Source: an uncultured Alphaproteobacteria bacterium
GTDB taxonomy: Bacteria > Pseudomonadota > Alphaproteobacteria > Rhizobiales > Xanthobacteraceae
Direction of reading: 5' to 3'
Assembly: GCA_963785745.1 (NCBI GenBank)
Contig: CAWAWR010000019.1
Span: 20,662-84,661, forward strand
Length of the DNA stretch: 64,000 bases
Part shown: piece after piece, positions 39,861 to 49,363 of the stretch
How positions within the stretch are numbered: the first letter of the stretch is position 1
Layout: each line of letters begins with the position of its first letter
Translations under genes and position numbers: made by a program
Notes under the pieces: model-generated
Told to the model about the DNA's origin: nothing
The model's database searches: none
The model's input: the letters and a program-made list of their open reading frames with translations, nothing else

Positions 39861-40136
39861 ATGGGCAAGGCGGCGGATAACGAGCGCCTAAGACTGCGAG
39901 CCATGTTCTTCAACACCTTGGCAGCGGCGTGCGTTGTAACAGGCCTGTTCGTACCGTATTTCGTTATGTTGACAGCGTGGGGACGAATGGTCGCTACGTT
40001 CGAATCTCTCATTACCGGCGATTGGGTGCGCCTACACGGTTTAGTGGTGGGCCTGTTCGCTACCGCGGTGGCTCTCCTTCTCGGTTTTCTATTCCGGCGC
40101 AGAGCCGACAAGATCGCACAATCCATTCGCGACTAG
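39861..40136 (+). CDS. small membrane protein (2-3 TM), unknown function
   Basis: SD ggagatagg; MGKAADNERLRLRAMFFNTLAAACVVTGLFVPYFVML... Confidence 0.45.
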   Translation: MGKAADNERLRLRAMFFNTLAAACVVTGLFVPYFVMLTAWGRMVATFESLITGDWVRLHGLVVGLFATAVALLLGFLFRRRADKIAQSIRD

Positions 40137-40414
40137 TGCTTCAACGCCTGCCTTCGGCAAGTCCGCTCGCATTCGAATCGCCTCGCAGGCTTGGCCGCTC
40201 CTAAGTATACGTAAGTATCGGGAACTCCCACCTTTAACAAATTGATCCCTAAGGACCTGAATGCGAGGTTCAACGGCGATATGCTCGCGCTCTATCCGAG
40301 CTGCGTCGTCCTCGCCTTCGTGGCGAGCCGCCTCCTTCGTCACATCAATACCCAAGTAGGCGCGGGTTGAGACGACCATGGGCAGAGACATTTTGGCGTT
40401 GTTGGAGGAATCAA

Positions 40415-41557
40415 ATGAAGCGGCGAGACTTCAATCGCGCGGCTCTCGGACTTGGCCTAAGCCCATTACTGGCAAATCGCAGCCTTGCTCAATGGTACGA
40501 AGGACCATCACCGCCGGCTTCCGCGCCGCCGAAAAAATTCAATGTCGTCATCAAGAATTCTCCACGGACTTACAACCAAGTAAATGTACCGCGCAAGTAC
40601 GGCTCTGGCCGTCGGTTTAGCATCTATTGGACCTGGAGTTATCCCTGGGAGGCCAACCGCAATGTGGCCGAAATGGACAATCGCTTTTCCACGATGACAG
40701 AGGTGCGCCGAGTGGCGTGGCCCAATTATGAAACGCCGGAATTCTCCGAGAAGGCGTTCCTGCAAGGAATTGATGGTGTACTCGAGCTATTCCACCTTTC
40801 GACGATACGATTCCAAAATATCGTCGGCGAAGTGACCGGGCAGCCCGTCGTCGTCTACCAGCGAATCGATCAGGCTGGACAGCGGCTGCCGATCGAGGAG
40901 CGGATGCTGGCCGACACCGACACGTTGATGGTGTTCGGGCTAGATCACATGGTCACCGAGCAAGAGGCTTCCGCAGAAGAGATAGAAGCGATCAAGCAGT
41001 TTTTAACGCGTGAGGGCACCTGTCTGCTCCTCAGCCCCCATCACGACGTAGGTGCGTCACGGGACCCGAAACGGCTGCAAATGGAGTATGCCCATCACGG
41101 CGATCCGCTGGTGCCTCGCCAGCAGCGATTCGGCCTTTACACGCGCAGCCTCATGAAAGGTCTCGGGGTGCCGGTGGAGAACCGGTTTGGTCTTCGCCCG
41201 GCCGTCATCAAGGGCACAAACCAGCTTGCCCCGCTCACGGTCATGCGCGATATCGACACGCCTCGTTGGCTGGAGAACGTGACAACTTTCAATTTTCATC
41301 AGCACCTGCCGCACTACGCATTGACCACGGAGGACACAAAATCCATTCGCTTGCTGGCTCGGCAGCCGATCGACTTGACGAACCCGCATCCATTCATTGA
41401 AGCCGGAAACACCGAATTCAACATGTTCCTCTGGATGCCGCCGGCCGGCACACGCGCCGGCCACATCCTGCTGGCGGACCTGACCATCTTTACCACTTTG
41501 TTCGGCGGCTCCGAGAGTCTCGACAATTTTTGGTACAACCTCGCAACAAAAGGCTAG
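40415..41557 (+). CDS. Tat-signal secreted protein of unknown function (380 aa)
   Basis: SD ggaggaatcaa then ATG; MKRRDFNRAALGLGLSPLLANRSLA twin-arginine signal; no family recognised. Confidence 0.6.
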   Translation: MKRRDFNRAALGLGLSPLLANRSLAQWYEGPSPPASAPPKKFNVVIKNSPRTYNQVNVPRKYGSGRRFSIYWTWSYPWEANRNVAEMDNRFSTMTEVRRVAWPNYETPEFSEKAFLQGIDGVLELFHLSTIRFQNIVGEVTGQPVVVYQRIDQAGQRLPIEERMLADTDTLMVFGLDHMVTEQEASAEEIEAIKQFLTREGTCLLLSPHHDVGASRDPKRLQMEYAHHGDPLVPRQQRFGLYTRSLMKGLGVPVENRFGLRPAVIKGTNQLAPLTVMRDIDTPRWLENVTTFNFHQHLPHYALTTEDTKSIRLLARQPIDLTNPHPFIEAGNTEFNMFLWMPPAGTRAGHILLADLTIFTTLFGGSESLDNFWYNLATKG

Positions 41558-41683
41558 GCCCTCATCGATTGGAACTCATCATGATCGAGACGGTCATTCA
41601 AACAGATGTAGCCAAGCACATGCAGTTCAGGGGCTAGTGCGGACTAGAACCAAGGACATTCCTAAGTACGGAAAGGACTCTTC

Positions 41684-42415
41684 ATGTCGAACGAACCGCT
41701 AGGAAACACAACTCGCCGGGGCTTCCTGGGCACGGCAACCGCTGTCACGGCACTTACGTTGACCACTCCGCCTGCCGCTGAGGCACAGAGTGGGATCAAG
41801 TCCACGGATGAAATCAAAATGGCGCAAGTGAATGCCCCTAACAGTCCGCCGGCGACAGCGGCCGCCACAAGCGACTGGACGAAGCCAGCAGCCATGGCAA
41901 TCCCGAAAGAGGGATACTTCAAACTTGAGCAAGGCCGTTATGGCCCGATCTTTCCAAGAACTCCTGCAAACTATGGCTTTACCGTCATTGCGAAAGTGAA
42001 GCCCGGAAGGGAAAACGCAATTCGTGACTACGGCAAAACGATTGAACAGGCAGTAAAGGACAGCCCGACGGTACTGGCGCCGCTGCGGCTTCATTATCTG
42101 CGTTGGGTCCTGTTCGATGTCGGTTCCGGCTTGCACTTCATGTATCAGGGCATCTTCGATACCGACTTTGATAAGTATCTCGAGGACGCTGTAGCCCTTT
42201 TCCTGGCGACGGGGATCACAACCGTGTTTGTGAATTTGGAAGGCTGGCCCGAAGACTGGAAGACAAACTCGCCGGCCGTGATCAAATTCTTTCGTGATCA
42301 CCAGAGGCCCAGCTTTCTGGAATACGGAGAATATCCGTATGTCACCGCAGACGAGGTGAAGAAAGCACTCAAAGTAAAAGGTGCGGTCTCCACCATGCTT
42401 GACCAGATGCAGTGA
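41684..42415 (+). CDS. Tat-signal secreted protein of unknown function (243 aa)
   Basis: MSNEPLGNTTRRGFLGTATAVTALTLTTPPAAEA twin-arginine signal; SD aaggac upstream. Confidence 0.6.
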   Translation: MSNEPLGNTTRRGFLGTATAVTALTLTTPPAAEAQSGIKSTDEIKMAQVNAPNSPPATAAATSDWTKPAAMAIPKEGYFKLEQGRYGPIFPRTPANYGFTVIAKVKPGRENAIRDYGKTIEQAVKDSPTVLAPLRLHYLRWVLFDVGSGLHFMYQGIFDTDFDKYLEDAVALFLATGITTVFVNLEGWPEDWKTNSPAVIKFFRDHQRPSFLEYGEYPYVTADEVKKALKVKGAVSTMLDQMQ

Positions 42416-42506
42416 CCCCGAAAGGTGCATAGGCAGGACCTGCGAAGCAAACGCGGCGACCAAGTACGCTGATGGTGGCGTAAGCGAAGCTGGGAGTAAC
42501 GATGAC

Positions 42507-43034
42507 ATGAAACGTCACGCCTTAAGCCGCTTCGCGTTCGGTATCGGTGTAAGTCTAACATTGGCAAATGCGGCGATCGCCCAGGAAGTCGCGCAACGAG
42601 AGCCCTTTGCGCCACCGCCATCAAAGAACGTAGTGTCAGACGATCCGATGTCGGCAGTGCGCAAGTACGTCAATGCCTTCAACAAAGGTGATACGGCCGA
42701 AATGGGGATGGCTTTCGCTGTCCCTGGCTCCATCCTTGACGGGATGGCTCCGCACGTGTGGCAGGGGCCAACGGCGACCCATGATTGGTACAGAGATGTT
42801 TTGGTTGAAGGCAAGCAACACGGTGCTTCGGATTATTTCATCACTCTGAATGAGCCATTGCACAACGATATAACCGGCGACAGTGCGTATGTGGTCATTC
42901 CCGCAACCATGAATTTTAAACTGCGCGGCAAGCAGATCACGCAATCCGGAGCCGTATTTACAGTGGCGCTGCGCAAGTCCGCCGAAGGGTGGCGGATAGC
43001 ATCATGGGCCTGGGCGAAAGGTACCCCTCGATAA
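42507..43034 (+). CDS. secreted NTF2-like/SnoaL-like (DUF4440-type) small protein
   Basis: MKRHALSRFAFGIGVSLTLANAAIAQE signal; ..VRKYVNAFNKGDTAEMGMAF..GWRIASWAWA typical NTF2-like fold. Confidence 0.55.
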   Translation: MKRHALSRFAFGIGVSLTLANAAIAQEVAQREPFAPPPSKNVVSDDPMSAVRKYVNAFNKGDTAEMGMAFAVPGSILDGMAPHVWQGPTATHDWYRDVLVEGKQHGASDYFITLNEPLHNDITGDSAYVVIPATMNFKLRGKQITQSGAVFTVALRKSAEGWRIASWAWAKGTPR

Positions 43035-43104
43035 ACTTGAAGAGGTCCTATGGTGAGATTGGTCATTCAGGCTGACCAGGCGGTGCGATCAGATGCCTTG
43101 ATCA

Positions 43105-44436
43105 TTGCGGCCACACGTCATGCTTGAGTTCGATGATATCCAGCACCTCGTCGTAACCCGTTTGCCCGCGCTCACGGGTCGGTACGAGTTCCTTTCGTTT
43201 CGGCAGGCTGCTCAAGGACGGGCTTGGCTCTCAGGGATGCTCGACAAGGTGGCGTCCGTTCAGGAGGCTAGGGATTCCATCGAACGAGAGCAAAGATGGG
43301 TGTCGATCGCCTTTACTTGGCAAGGACTTCGTGCACTCGGGGTGGACGAACAGGCACTGGCAACATTCCCGGCGGAATTTCGGCAGGGCATGGTCGCGCG
43401 CGCTGAAGTGCTTGGCGATACAGGCAGGAACCATCCCGATCGGTGGGTTGGCGGCCTCGCCAGTCCGAGACTGCACGCCATTGCCATTCTTTTCGCGCGC
43501 AATGCTACTGAGCGCCAGCGCGCCACGAAAGAACACCAGACTTTCTTGGAAAGAATTTCGGGAGTGGAAGTGATCTCATCATTGGATTTGGACGGTTTTC
43601 CGCCATTTGACTATGCGCACGAACATTTCGGTTATCGGGACCGGCTCTCTGAGCCACAAATCGAAGGAGCGGGAGTGGTGCCGACGCCCGGCTCGGGCGC
43701 GCCTGTAAAAGCGGGCGAGTTCATTCTCGGACATGTCGATGAGAGCGGTGAGCTGGTTCCGTTGCCGCAGCCGGAAATCCTCTCCCGAAATGGCACCTTC
43801 ATGGCTTATCGCAGATTGCAGGAGCACGTTGGCGCGTTCCGCGACTTTTTGCGACAGCATGGCGGACCAACAACCGAGGGTCAGGAGCTGATCGCCGCGA
43901 AGTTGATGGGGCGCTGGCGGAGTGGAGCTCCGCTCGTCCTGGCAGCAGAGAAGGACGATCCAGCACTTGCAGCCGATTACCAGCGCAACAACAACTTCAA
44001 CTACGCGCAAATGGACCCTCACGGGTATCGCGTTCCGCTGGGAGCGCATATCCGACGAATGAATCCTCGGGACACGGCGGTGAACATGCAGCGGCGAAGA
44101 ATGATTCGCCGGGGCGCGACCTACGGACCTCCTTTGCCAGAGGGTGCACCTGAGGATGGTGTTGATCGCGGCATTGCAGCTTTCGTTCTGTGTGCAAGCC
44201 TCGTGCGGCAATTTGAGTTTGCGCAGAACGTTTGGATCAATGACCCTAACTTTCACGAACTGGGCAACGAACGCGACCCATTGATTGGCAACCAGGACGG
44301 CACGTTCGACATGACAATTCCGAAGCGGCCGATCCGGAAAAAGATAACGGGCCTGCCGGCCTTCACCACGCTATTGGGAGGTGCTTATTTCTTCCTTCCG
44401 GGCATCAAGGCACTGCGATATCTAGCGGCCCTTTAG
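43105..44436 (+). CDS. Dyp-type peroxidase family protein (large, no signal peptide)
   Basis: 443 aa; ..FDYAHEHFGYRDRLSEPQIEGAG..GEFILGHVDESGE..HIRRMNPRD..GLPAFTTLLGGAYFFLPGIKAL matches the DyP heme-binding region; alternative start ATG 43120. Confidence 0.7.
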   Translation: MRPHVMLEFDDIQHLVVTRLPALTGRYEFLSFRQAAQGRAWLSGMLDKVASVQEARDSIEREQRWVSIAFTWQGLRALGVDEQALATFPAEFRQGMVARAEVLGDTGRNHPDRWVGGLASPRLHAIAILFARNATERQRATKEHQTFLERISGVEVISSLDLDGFPPFDYAHEHFGYRDRLSEPQIEGAGVVPTPGSGAPVKAGEFILGHVDESGELVPLPQPEILSRNGTFMAYRRLQEHVGAFRDFLRQHGGPTTEGQELIAAKLMGRWRSGAPLVLAAEKDDPALAADYQRNNNFNYAQMDPHGYRVPLGAHIRRMNPRDTAVNMQRRRMIRRGATYGPPLPEGAPEDGVDRGIAAFVLCASLVRQFEFAQNVWINDPNFHELGNERDPLIGNQDGTFDMTIPKRPIRKKITGLPAFTTLLGGAYFFLPGIKALRYLAAL

Positions 44437-44948
44437 AGATGTATTTTGGCTCTTACCTAGTCGGCACTGGCCAAGCCACCCATGTCCGCCAAACTCGTGC
44501 GCACCGTCCGCTCCATGGATGGAGCGGCTCTCGGCGGCGTATCTGGCCGGAAATATAGCGAAGCGCGTGTGCCGCGTTGCGCGACGCGTGACACCCGAAT
44601 GGCAGGGATATCTATCGAACGCGCCTATGCACAAAATTGATGTGTGACAGAAGGAAGACCAGGAATTGCCGAATGTCCGCTCGGGCCAGGAGCACACGCT
44701 CGCATTGGAATCACCGCCTTATAAACGGGTGGCAGAACAGTCAGTGGTGAAGCCAAAGCAGGGACGCGGAGGTAGACGCGGCCGCAACTCACAGGCCGGC
44801 CGAGGAACCTCTCTCCTAGGTGCTGATTTCCCTGACGGAAAATAAACATATCCACAACACACCGACACACCACGCCGGGGCAAAGATCGACACCTTTGTT
44901 CAGGACGTTCGACGACGTTCGGCGAACTGGGAAATCCGGAGTTGAGTC

Positions 44949-45260
44949 ATGTCCTATGATTGTTCGATTCAGTGGCGTGCGCGTGCTGAACAGATGCGGG
45001 CTCTCGCGGAAGAAACCAAGGGCGGAATATCCAAGCATGTGATGCACAGAATCGCAGACGACTATGACCGTCTCGCTCAAACGATCGAGCACCGGCCGAA
45101 CCGCTTTTTACCGATCCCCCCAGTCGTGCCTGCCGAAGTGAGACGATTCGCCCCCTGCAAGAATTCCTTCGGCGCAGCACCCGCGATCATCGATCTTGAA
45201 CTCCCCGGTTTCCTCAAGCGAGGGCCGGCGACGGCGGATGAGTTGGGGGCTTCGATATGA
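44949..45260 (+). CDS. hypothetical protein
   Basis: 103-aa ORF with ggag upstream; no family recognised. Confidence 0.3.
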   Translation: MSYDCSIQWRARAEQMRALAEETKGGISKHVMHRIADDYDRLAQTIEHRPNRFLPIPPVVPAEVRRFAPCKNSFGAAPAIIDLELPGFLKRGPATADELGASI

Positions 45261-45690
45261 CAACGCAACACGTGCGCGCGGAATCCGCGGATCAGTTGCA
45301 GCAGCCATCGCAAGGATTTCGACGACATCGCGGCGAGCATTTCTGCGCTTGAGAAAGCGATGCTGGAGCCGCCGGCGCGGGACCGCGAAGCGATCCACGA
45401 GCTCGGATGCAGGATCGTCGCTCAGGCGCTCAAGAGAAAATAGCGGCTCGGCACGCGGACGATGCGAAGCGTTAGGCGCTCGTTCAGTCTCCTTTATTGG
45501 GAATCCGGTGCTAGCGTAGCGAACGCAGGTAACGGGATGACGCCACTCCGTCCATGCTGATCATTGCTGCGCCCGACGTCGATATTATCGCGCGCTCCCG
45601 CCTTCCTTCTGTCACACCGTGCAGGTTTCTTGCAGCATCAGTCAGCCGCGCGGAAAATCCGGCTGGTCCCTGCGATTGAAGTCGGCGTGA

Positions 45691-46287
45691 GTGGAGGTGC
45701 CAGTGTATTCCTCGCAAGATCTGCCTCGGAGCAATGGGTATCACGAGCGGGATGTCGCGCGCGATCTGGATGCTGAACGCGAGTTGTCCTCCAGGCGTAG
45801 CGGGAGAGCCAGGCGAGGACGGCCGTCGATTGGCCGGCGCGTATTCCGTACCCTTTTCCGGTTTCTCTTTGCGGTTCTGGTCGGTGTCGCCGCCACGCTT
45901 GGCTGGCAATCCCATGGTGACGAAGCAAAGGAGATGGTCAGCGCATGGAATCCAGCCCTGGGCGAATTGTTACCCGGCTCGATGACGAAGTCGCCGGTCG
46001 CGGCTTCAACTGCATCTGGGCTAGTGCCGCAACTCGAACCCATGGCGCGCGATCTCGCCGTCGTGCGTCGCAGCCTCGAACAGCTCGCGGCCAAGCAAGA
46101 GCAGATAGCGCTCCAAGTCGCGACGCTGCAGACAGTTGACAAACCGTCATCCGCGGTTCCGTCCTGGGCGGCGCCGATCCTGCCGAACAGGGCTCCGCCA
46201 CCCGCGGCGAGGCCATCGGTGGCGCCCTCATCCTCATCGCCGCCGGCGCGACAACCTTTGGCCCTGGATCGCTTCGGCAGCCGGTAG
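45691..46287 (+). CDS. hypothetical membrane-anchored coiled-coil protein
   Basis: 198 aa; TM RTLFRFLFAVLVGVAATLGW; coiled-coil RSLEQLAAKQEQIALQVATLQ; Pro/Ser-rich tail. Confidence 0.4.
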   Translation: MEVPVYSSQDLPRSNGYHERDVARDLDAERELSSRRSGRARRGRPSIGRRVFRTLFRFLFAVLVGVAATLGWQSHGDEAKEMVSAWNPALGELLPGSMTKSPVAASTASGLVPQLEPMARDLAVVRRSLEQLAAKQEQIALQVATLQTVDKPSSAVPSWAAPILPNRAPPPAARPSVAPSSSSPPARQPLALDRFGSR

Positions 46288-46370
46288 CACGCGGACCGCC
46301 TCAGGGGCAAAAGCGGAAGGGCTCGCGCTCAGCAGCTACGGCTTGGGAGCAAGCCGCAGGAGAGAGCGCC

Positions 46371-47048
46371 TCAGCGCGGCTTCGGCCGGCTGTTCTTGCG
46401 CGGTCGCGGCTTTGCCAATTCGAGCCCGCAGGTCTTGTCCAGCCACGCTTTGACCGCCGGCCAGTACCGCCTGTCTCCCCATACTTTCTGCTTCTCCAGC
46501 AAGCCCGGATGATTGGCGTCGAAGTCCTGGAGGATGGCCTGCCCGAGTTCGTCCGGCACGCCGAGCCGGCGGATCAGCTCCGCTTCGGTGACAAACAGTG
46601 TGCGGGATTTTCCGGCTTGATCGACGAGAGCCTCAATGTCCTTCAGCAAGTCATGCAGCGTTCGCGCCGTGGCGCTATTGTTTTCAATCGCCGGCGTTCT
46701 CAATTTCGGGGTTTCTTCGACAATGAACCGTGTTGCTTCACGGATCCTGTCGATGTCGGCGGCTTGAGGGCCGCCATGGGTCAGGTAGTCGTCCACTTCG
46801 GACCACTTCCACATCAATTCGCCACCACGCTTGCGCGGCTGCGGCAAAATTCCTTGCGCGACCCAATTATTCACCGTGTCCGGAGAACATGAGATGTGCC
46901 TGCACAACGTCCTCATGTCCTGCCAAGGCGGGATGGGCCCGCTCTGAACTGGCGGCGTAATGATCGGTCCAATGTCGTCAGAACCCGGGTCACTCATGCG
47001 GCAGCAGTCTGGCTTGCACCTCGCCGGGTCGCAATGGCCGAAAGCCAA
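46371..47048 (-). CDS. AlpA/Xis-like helix-turn-helix DNA-binding protein with extended C-terminal domain
   Basis: MRTLCRHISCSPDTVNNWVAQGILPQPRKRGGELMWKWSEVDDYL resembles AlpA-family HTH; start codon uncertain (46923/46997/47048). Confidence 0.4.
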   Translation of the reverse strand: MAFGHCDPARCKPDCCRMSDPGSDDIGPIITPPVQSGPIPPWQDMRTLCRHISCSPDTVNNWVAQGILPQPRKRGGELMWKWSEVDDYLTHGGPQAADIDRIREATRFIVEETPKLRTPAIENNSATARTLHDLLKDIEALVDQAGKSRTLFVTEAELIRRLGVPDELGQAILQDFDANHPGLLEKQKVWGDRRYWPAVKAWLDKTCGLELAKPRPRKNSRPKPR

Positions 47049-47314
47049 AGTCTCAGCCCCGCTTCATTTTCTGTTCCATTGAGGGCTTCCGCAGGTCGTT
47101 TTCATGCGGTTGCGGTCCCCGGTGCCGTGGCAGGCGAGCGGGCCGTGGTCTTGAGCCGACCGGCGGCTATGACAACGGTATCGCGCAGGCGCCATGGACC
47201 GTCAGCATCTCACCGGAAGGGGTCGCCCGGAAACATCCTCGGGAATTTTTGCGGCATAATCGCCGCCAACGCGGAGCGTGCCGATGCGGCCGGCACCGTC
47301 AATCGCAAATGTCG

Positions 47315-47416
47315 TTACTGGAGATACCAGACGAGAAACGGGCTGACGACGGTCACCAGAGCAAGCGACGAAACGCCCACCCAGATCGCCGCTGCGAAAC
47401 CTTCGCGAATTTGCAT
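47315..47416 (-). CDS. possible 33-aa single-TM small protein
   Basis: MQIREGFAAAIWVGVSSLALVTVVSPFLVWYLQ with SD gggag 7 nt upstream. Confidence 0.25.
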   Translation of the reverse strand: MQIREGFAAAIWVGVSSLALVTVVSPFLVWYLQ

Positions 47417-47622
47417 GGGACGCTCCCGCCAGAAACCACGAATTGCCGACTGCTGCGAAGCGTATAGCGCAACGGGCCGCAAAGTTTGTGGCGCAAATGG
47501 TCAACTCGCCAATGATTTTCCTGTAGAGACAGAAATGACACACCGTGACCGCAAATCAACACGCGGAACAATAGTCATGATCGGCGCACGCACATTGCCG
47601 CGTATCGCCTTTGTCCAGTGCG

Positions 47623-48771
47623 CTATTGGATGCTGTCCAGGATCACCTCGCGAAGCACGCGGGTCGGCGGGACCCACTGATCGTCGGCAAGGTAGTTTCC
47701 GGCGGTGATGGCGACGGCGAGCTTGAGCCCCGGTATCAGGAACAGCCGCTGGCCGCCTTCGCCGTATCCGATCCAGGCGCGTTCAAGATGTCGTGGTGCC
47801 CATCCCAGCGGCTTGCCGAATGAAATGTCGGCGACGAACCACTGATAGCCGAAGCGGCGCACTTCATCGACGCTCACGATGGGCGACGTGCAGCGCTCAA
47901 GCCATTGCGACGAGATCACGCGACGGCCTTCCGACATGCCACCGCGCAACATCATCGTGCCGATCCGGGCCAGATCGCGCGGCGTCATGCGTAACCCCGA
48001 TGCGGCAATGGGCTCGCCGTCCCGGCCGGTATGCCATTCGGTCGGACCGAGCCCGAGCGGATCGAACAAGGTTTCGCGTGCGAAAGCATGCAGAGACTTG
48101 CCGGTCGCCTTCGCAATGATCCGCGCCAGCAGCGCGGTCGCGCCGCCGGAGTAAGTAAACCTGAGGCCGGGCTCCCGCACGACGCGCCGCTCCAGGACAT
48201 AGCGGTAGCGGTCGGGCGCCAAATCCATCGCGATCTCACTGTTTTTCGGGTCGGAATAGGGAAGGCTCGTCTCATCCCAGTCCGTTCCCATGGTCATGGA
48301 GAGTGCGTGATGGATGGTGAGCCGCTCGCGTCCCTCGTGCGCGGCCAAGTCGGCATATTCGGGGAAAGCGGCGAACAGCGGCGCTTCCGGCGGCGGTACC
48401 TTTCCCTGCTCGAGCGCAATGCCATACAGCAGTGCAACGACGCCTTTCGATAGCGAGCGCATGTCATGCAGCGTGTCGGGCTTGAACGTCACCTTCCCCA
48501 GCGGACGGCCGCGCGCGTTGTCTTCGCCCTCAAAATAGCGCTCAAGCACCAGCCGGTTGTCGCGCACCACGACGACGCCATGCAGATTCCACACGCGTTT
48601 GCCGGCGATGGCTTTGTCCAACCGCGCTTCAAGGTCGGGGGCGAAGCCGGCCTCGGCGGGGCGGATCGGCAGCAACGGTGCGGCGCACGACGGCCGCGCC
48701 TGCATCACGAATATGGCCCCTGCGCCGAGCATGGCTTGGCGGCGGCTTATCACCGATCGGGTATATGTCAT
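47623..48771 (-). CDS. serine hydrolase (beta-lactamase/PBP-like family)
   Basis: ORF 47623..48966; likely start MTYTRSVISRRQAMLGAGAIFVMQA; SxxK-type motif RSLSKGVVALL. Confidence 0.7.
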   Translation of the reverse strand: MTYTRSVISRRQAMLGAGAIFVMQARPSCAAPLLPIRPAEAGFAPDLEARLDKAIAGKRVWNLHGVVVVRDNRLVLERYFEGEDNARGRPLGKVTFKPDTLHDMRSLSKGVVALLYGIALEQGKVPPPEAPLFAAFPEYADLAAHEGRERLTIHHALSMTMGTDWDETSLPYSDPKNSEIAMDLAPDRYRYVLERRVVREPGLRFTYSGGATALLARIIAKATGKSLHAFARETLFDPLGLGPTEWHTGRDGEPIAASGLRMTPRDLARIGTMMLRGGMSEGRRVISSQWLERCTSPIVSVDEVRRFGYQWFVADISFGKPLGWAPRHLERAWIGYGEGGQRLFLIPGLKLAVAITAGNYLADDQWVPPTRVLREVILDSIQ

Positions 48772-48902
48772 GGCTCCAGCCCCTCTAGGCTTTCGGGCCG
48801 GGGGATTCTTGCGCCTATTGGCAGGGAAGCCAAGGCGCCAACGGAGTGCCGAGGAAGCGAAAACGCGCGGACAGGCCGGTCGCCGCGATGACCGCGCCGA
48901 CG

Positions 48903-49283
48903 TCAGCCGCGGGCGTCGCAGACAAAGGCGCGGATCACACAATCCTTGCCGCCGTTGCCGTAGCACTGGCGCAGCGCCGTGTTCTGCGCCGGCCCGAGCC
49001 GGGCGGCGGCGGCAAAGCCGTAGGAGCCGCAGGCGTTACGCAAGTCGACCGCGAACGCCGCGCAATTAAGTTTCGTGGACACCACCACCTTGCAGCCCTT
49101 GCCGGTGCATTTGCGCAGCGCCTCCGCGCGGGCGCCATCGTCCTCGGCGTGGTCGTAGGCAACGCCGTAGGCGCCGCAGGGTCCGATCGCGAGCGCGCCG
49201 GCGGCGTGCACCAGACTGATCGCCGAAATCACCAAGACTCCCGCGACTGCAATGCGCGCGAAGGCGCGGCCGAACGCCGTCAT
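48903..49283 (-). CDS. DUF4189-domain secreted protein
   Basis: 126 aa; signal peptide; GPCGAYGVAYD..C.GKGCKVVV..CGSYGFAAA..CYGNGGKDCVIR pattern. Confidence 0.6.
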   Translation of the reverse strand: MTAFGRAFARIAVAGVLVISAISLVHAAGALAIGPCGAYGVAYDHAEDDGARAEALRKCTGKGCKVVVSTKLNCAAFAVDLRNACGSYGFAAAARLGPAQNTALRQCYGNGGKDCVIRAFVCDARG

Positions 49284-49363
49284 GAGGTCCCTCCCCCGAG
49301 GAATGGTATGAGCTTACGCGGCAACGGTTTCGACTTGGTGAATTCGGAACGTCGGTCGTACCG

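Noticed and set aside
45257-45450. Short ORFs continuing past the 44949..45260 hypothetical gene in shifted frames
   Set aside because: They could indicate another frameshifted gene, but the translations are low-complexity and unrecognisable, so no reliable reconstruction is possible
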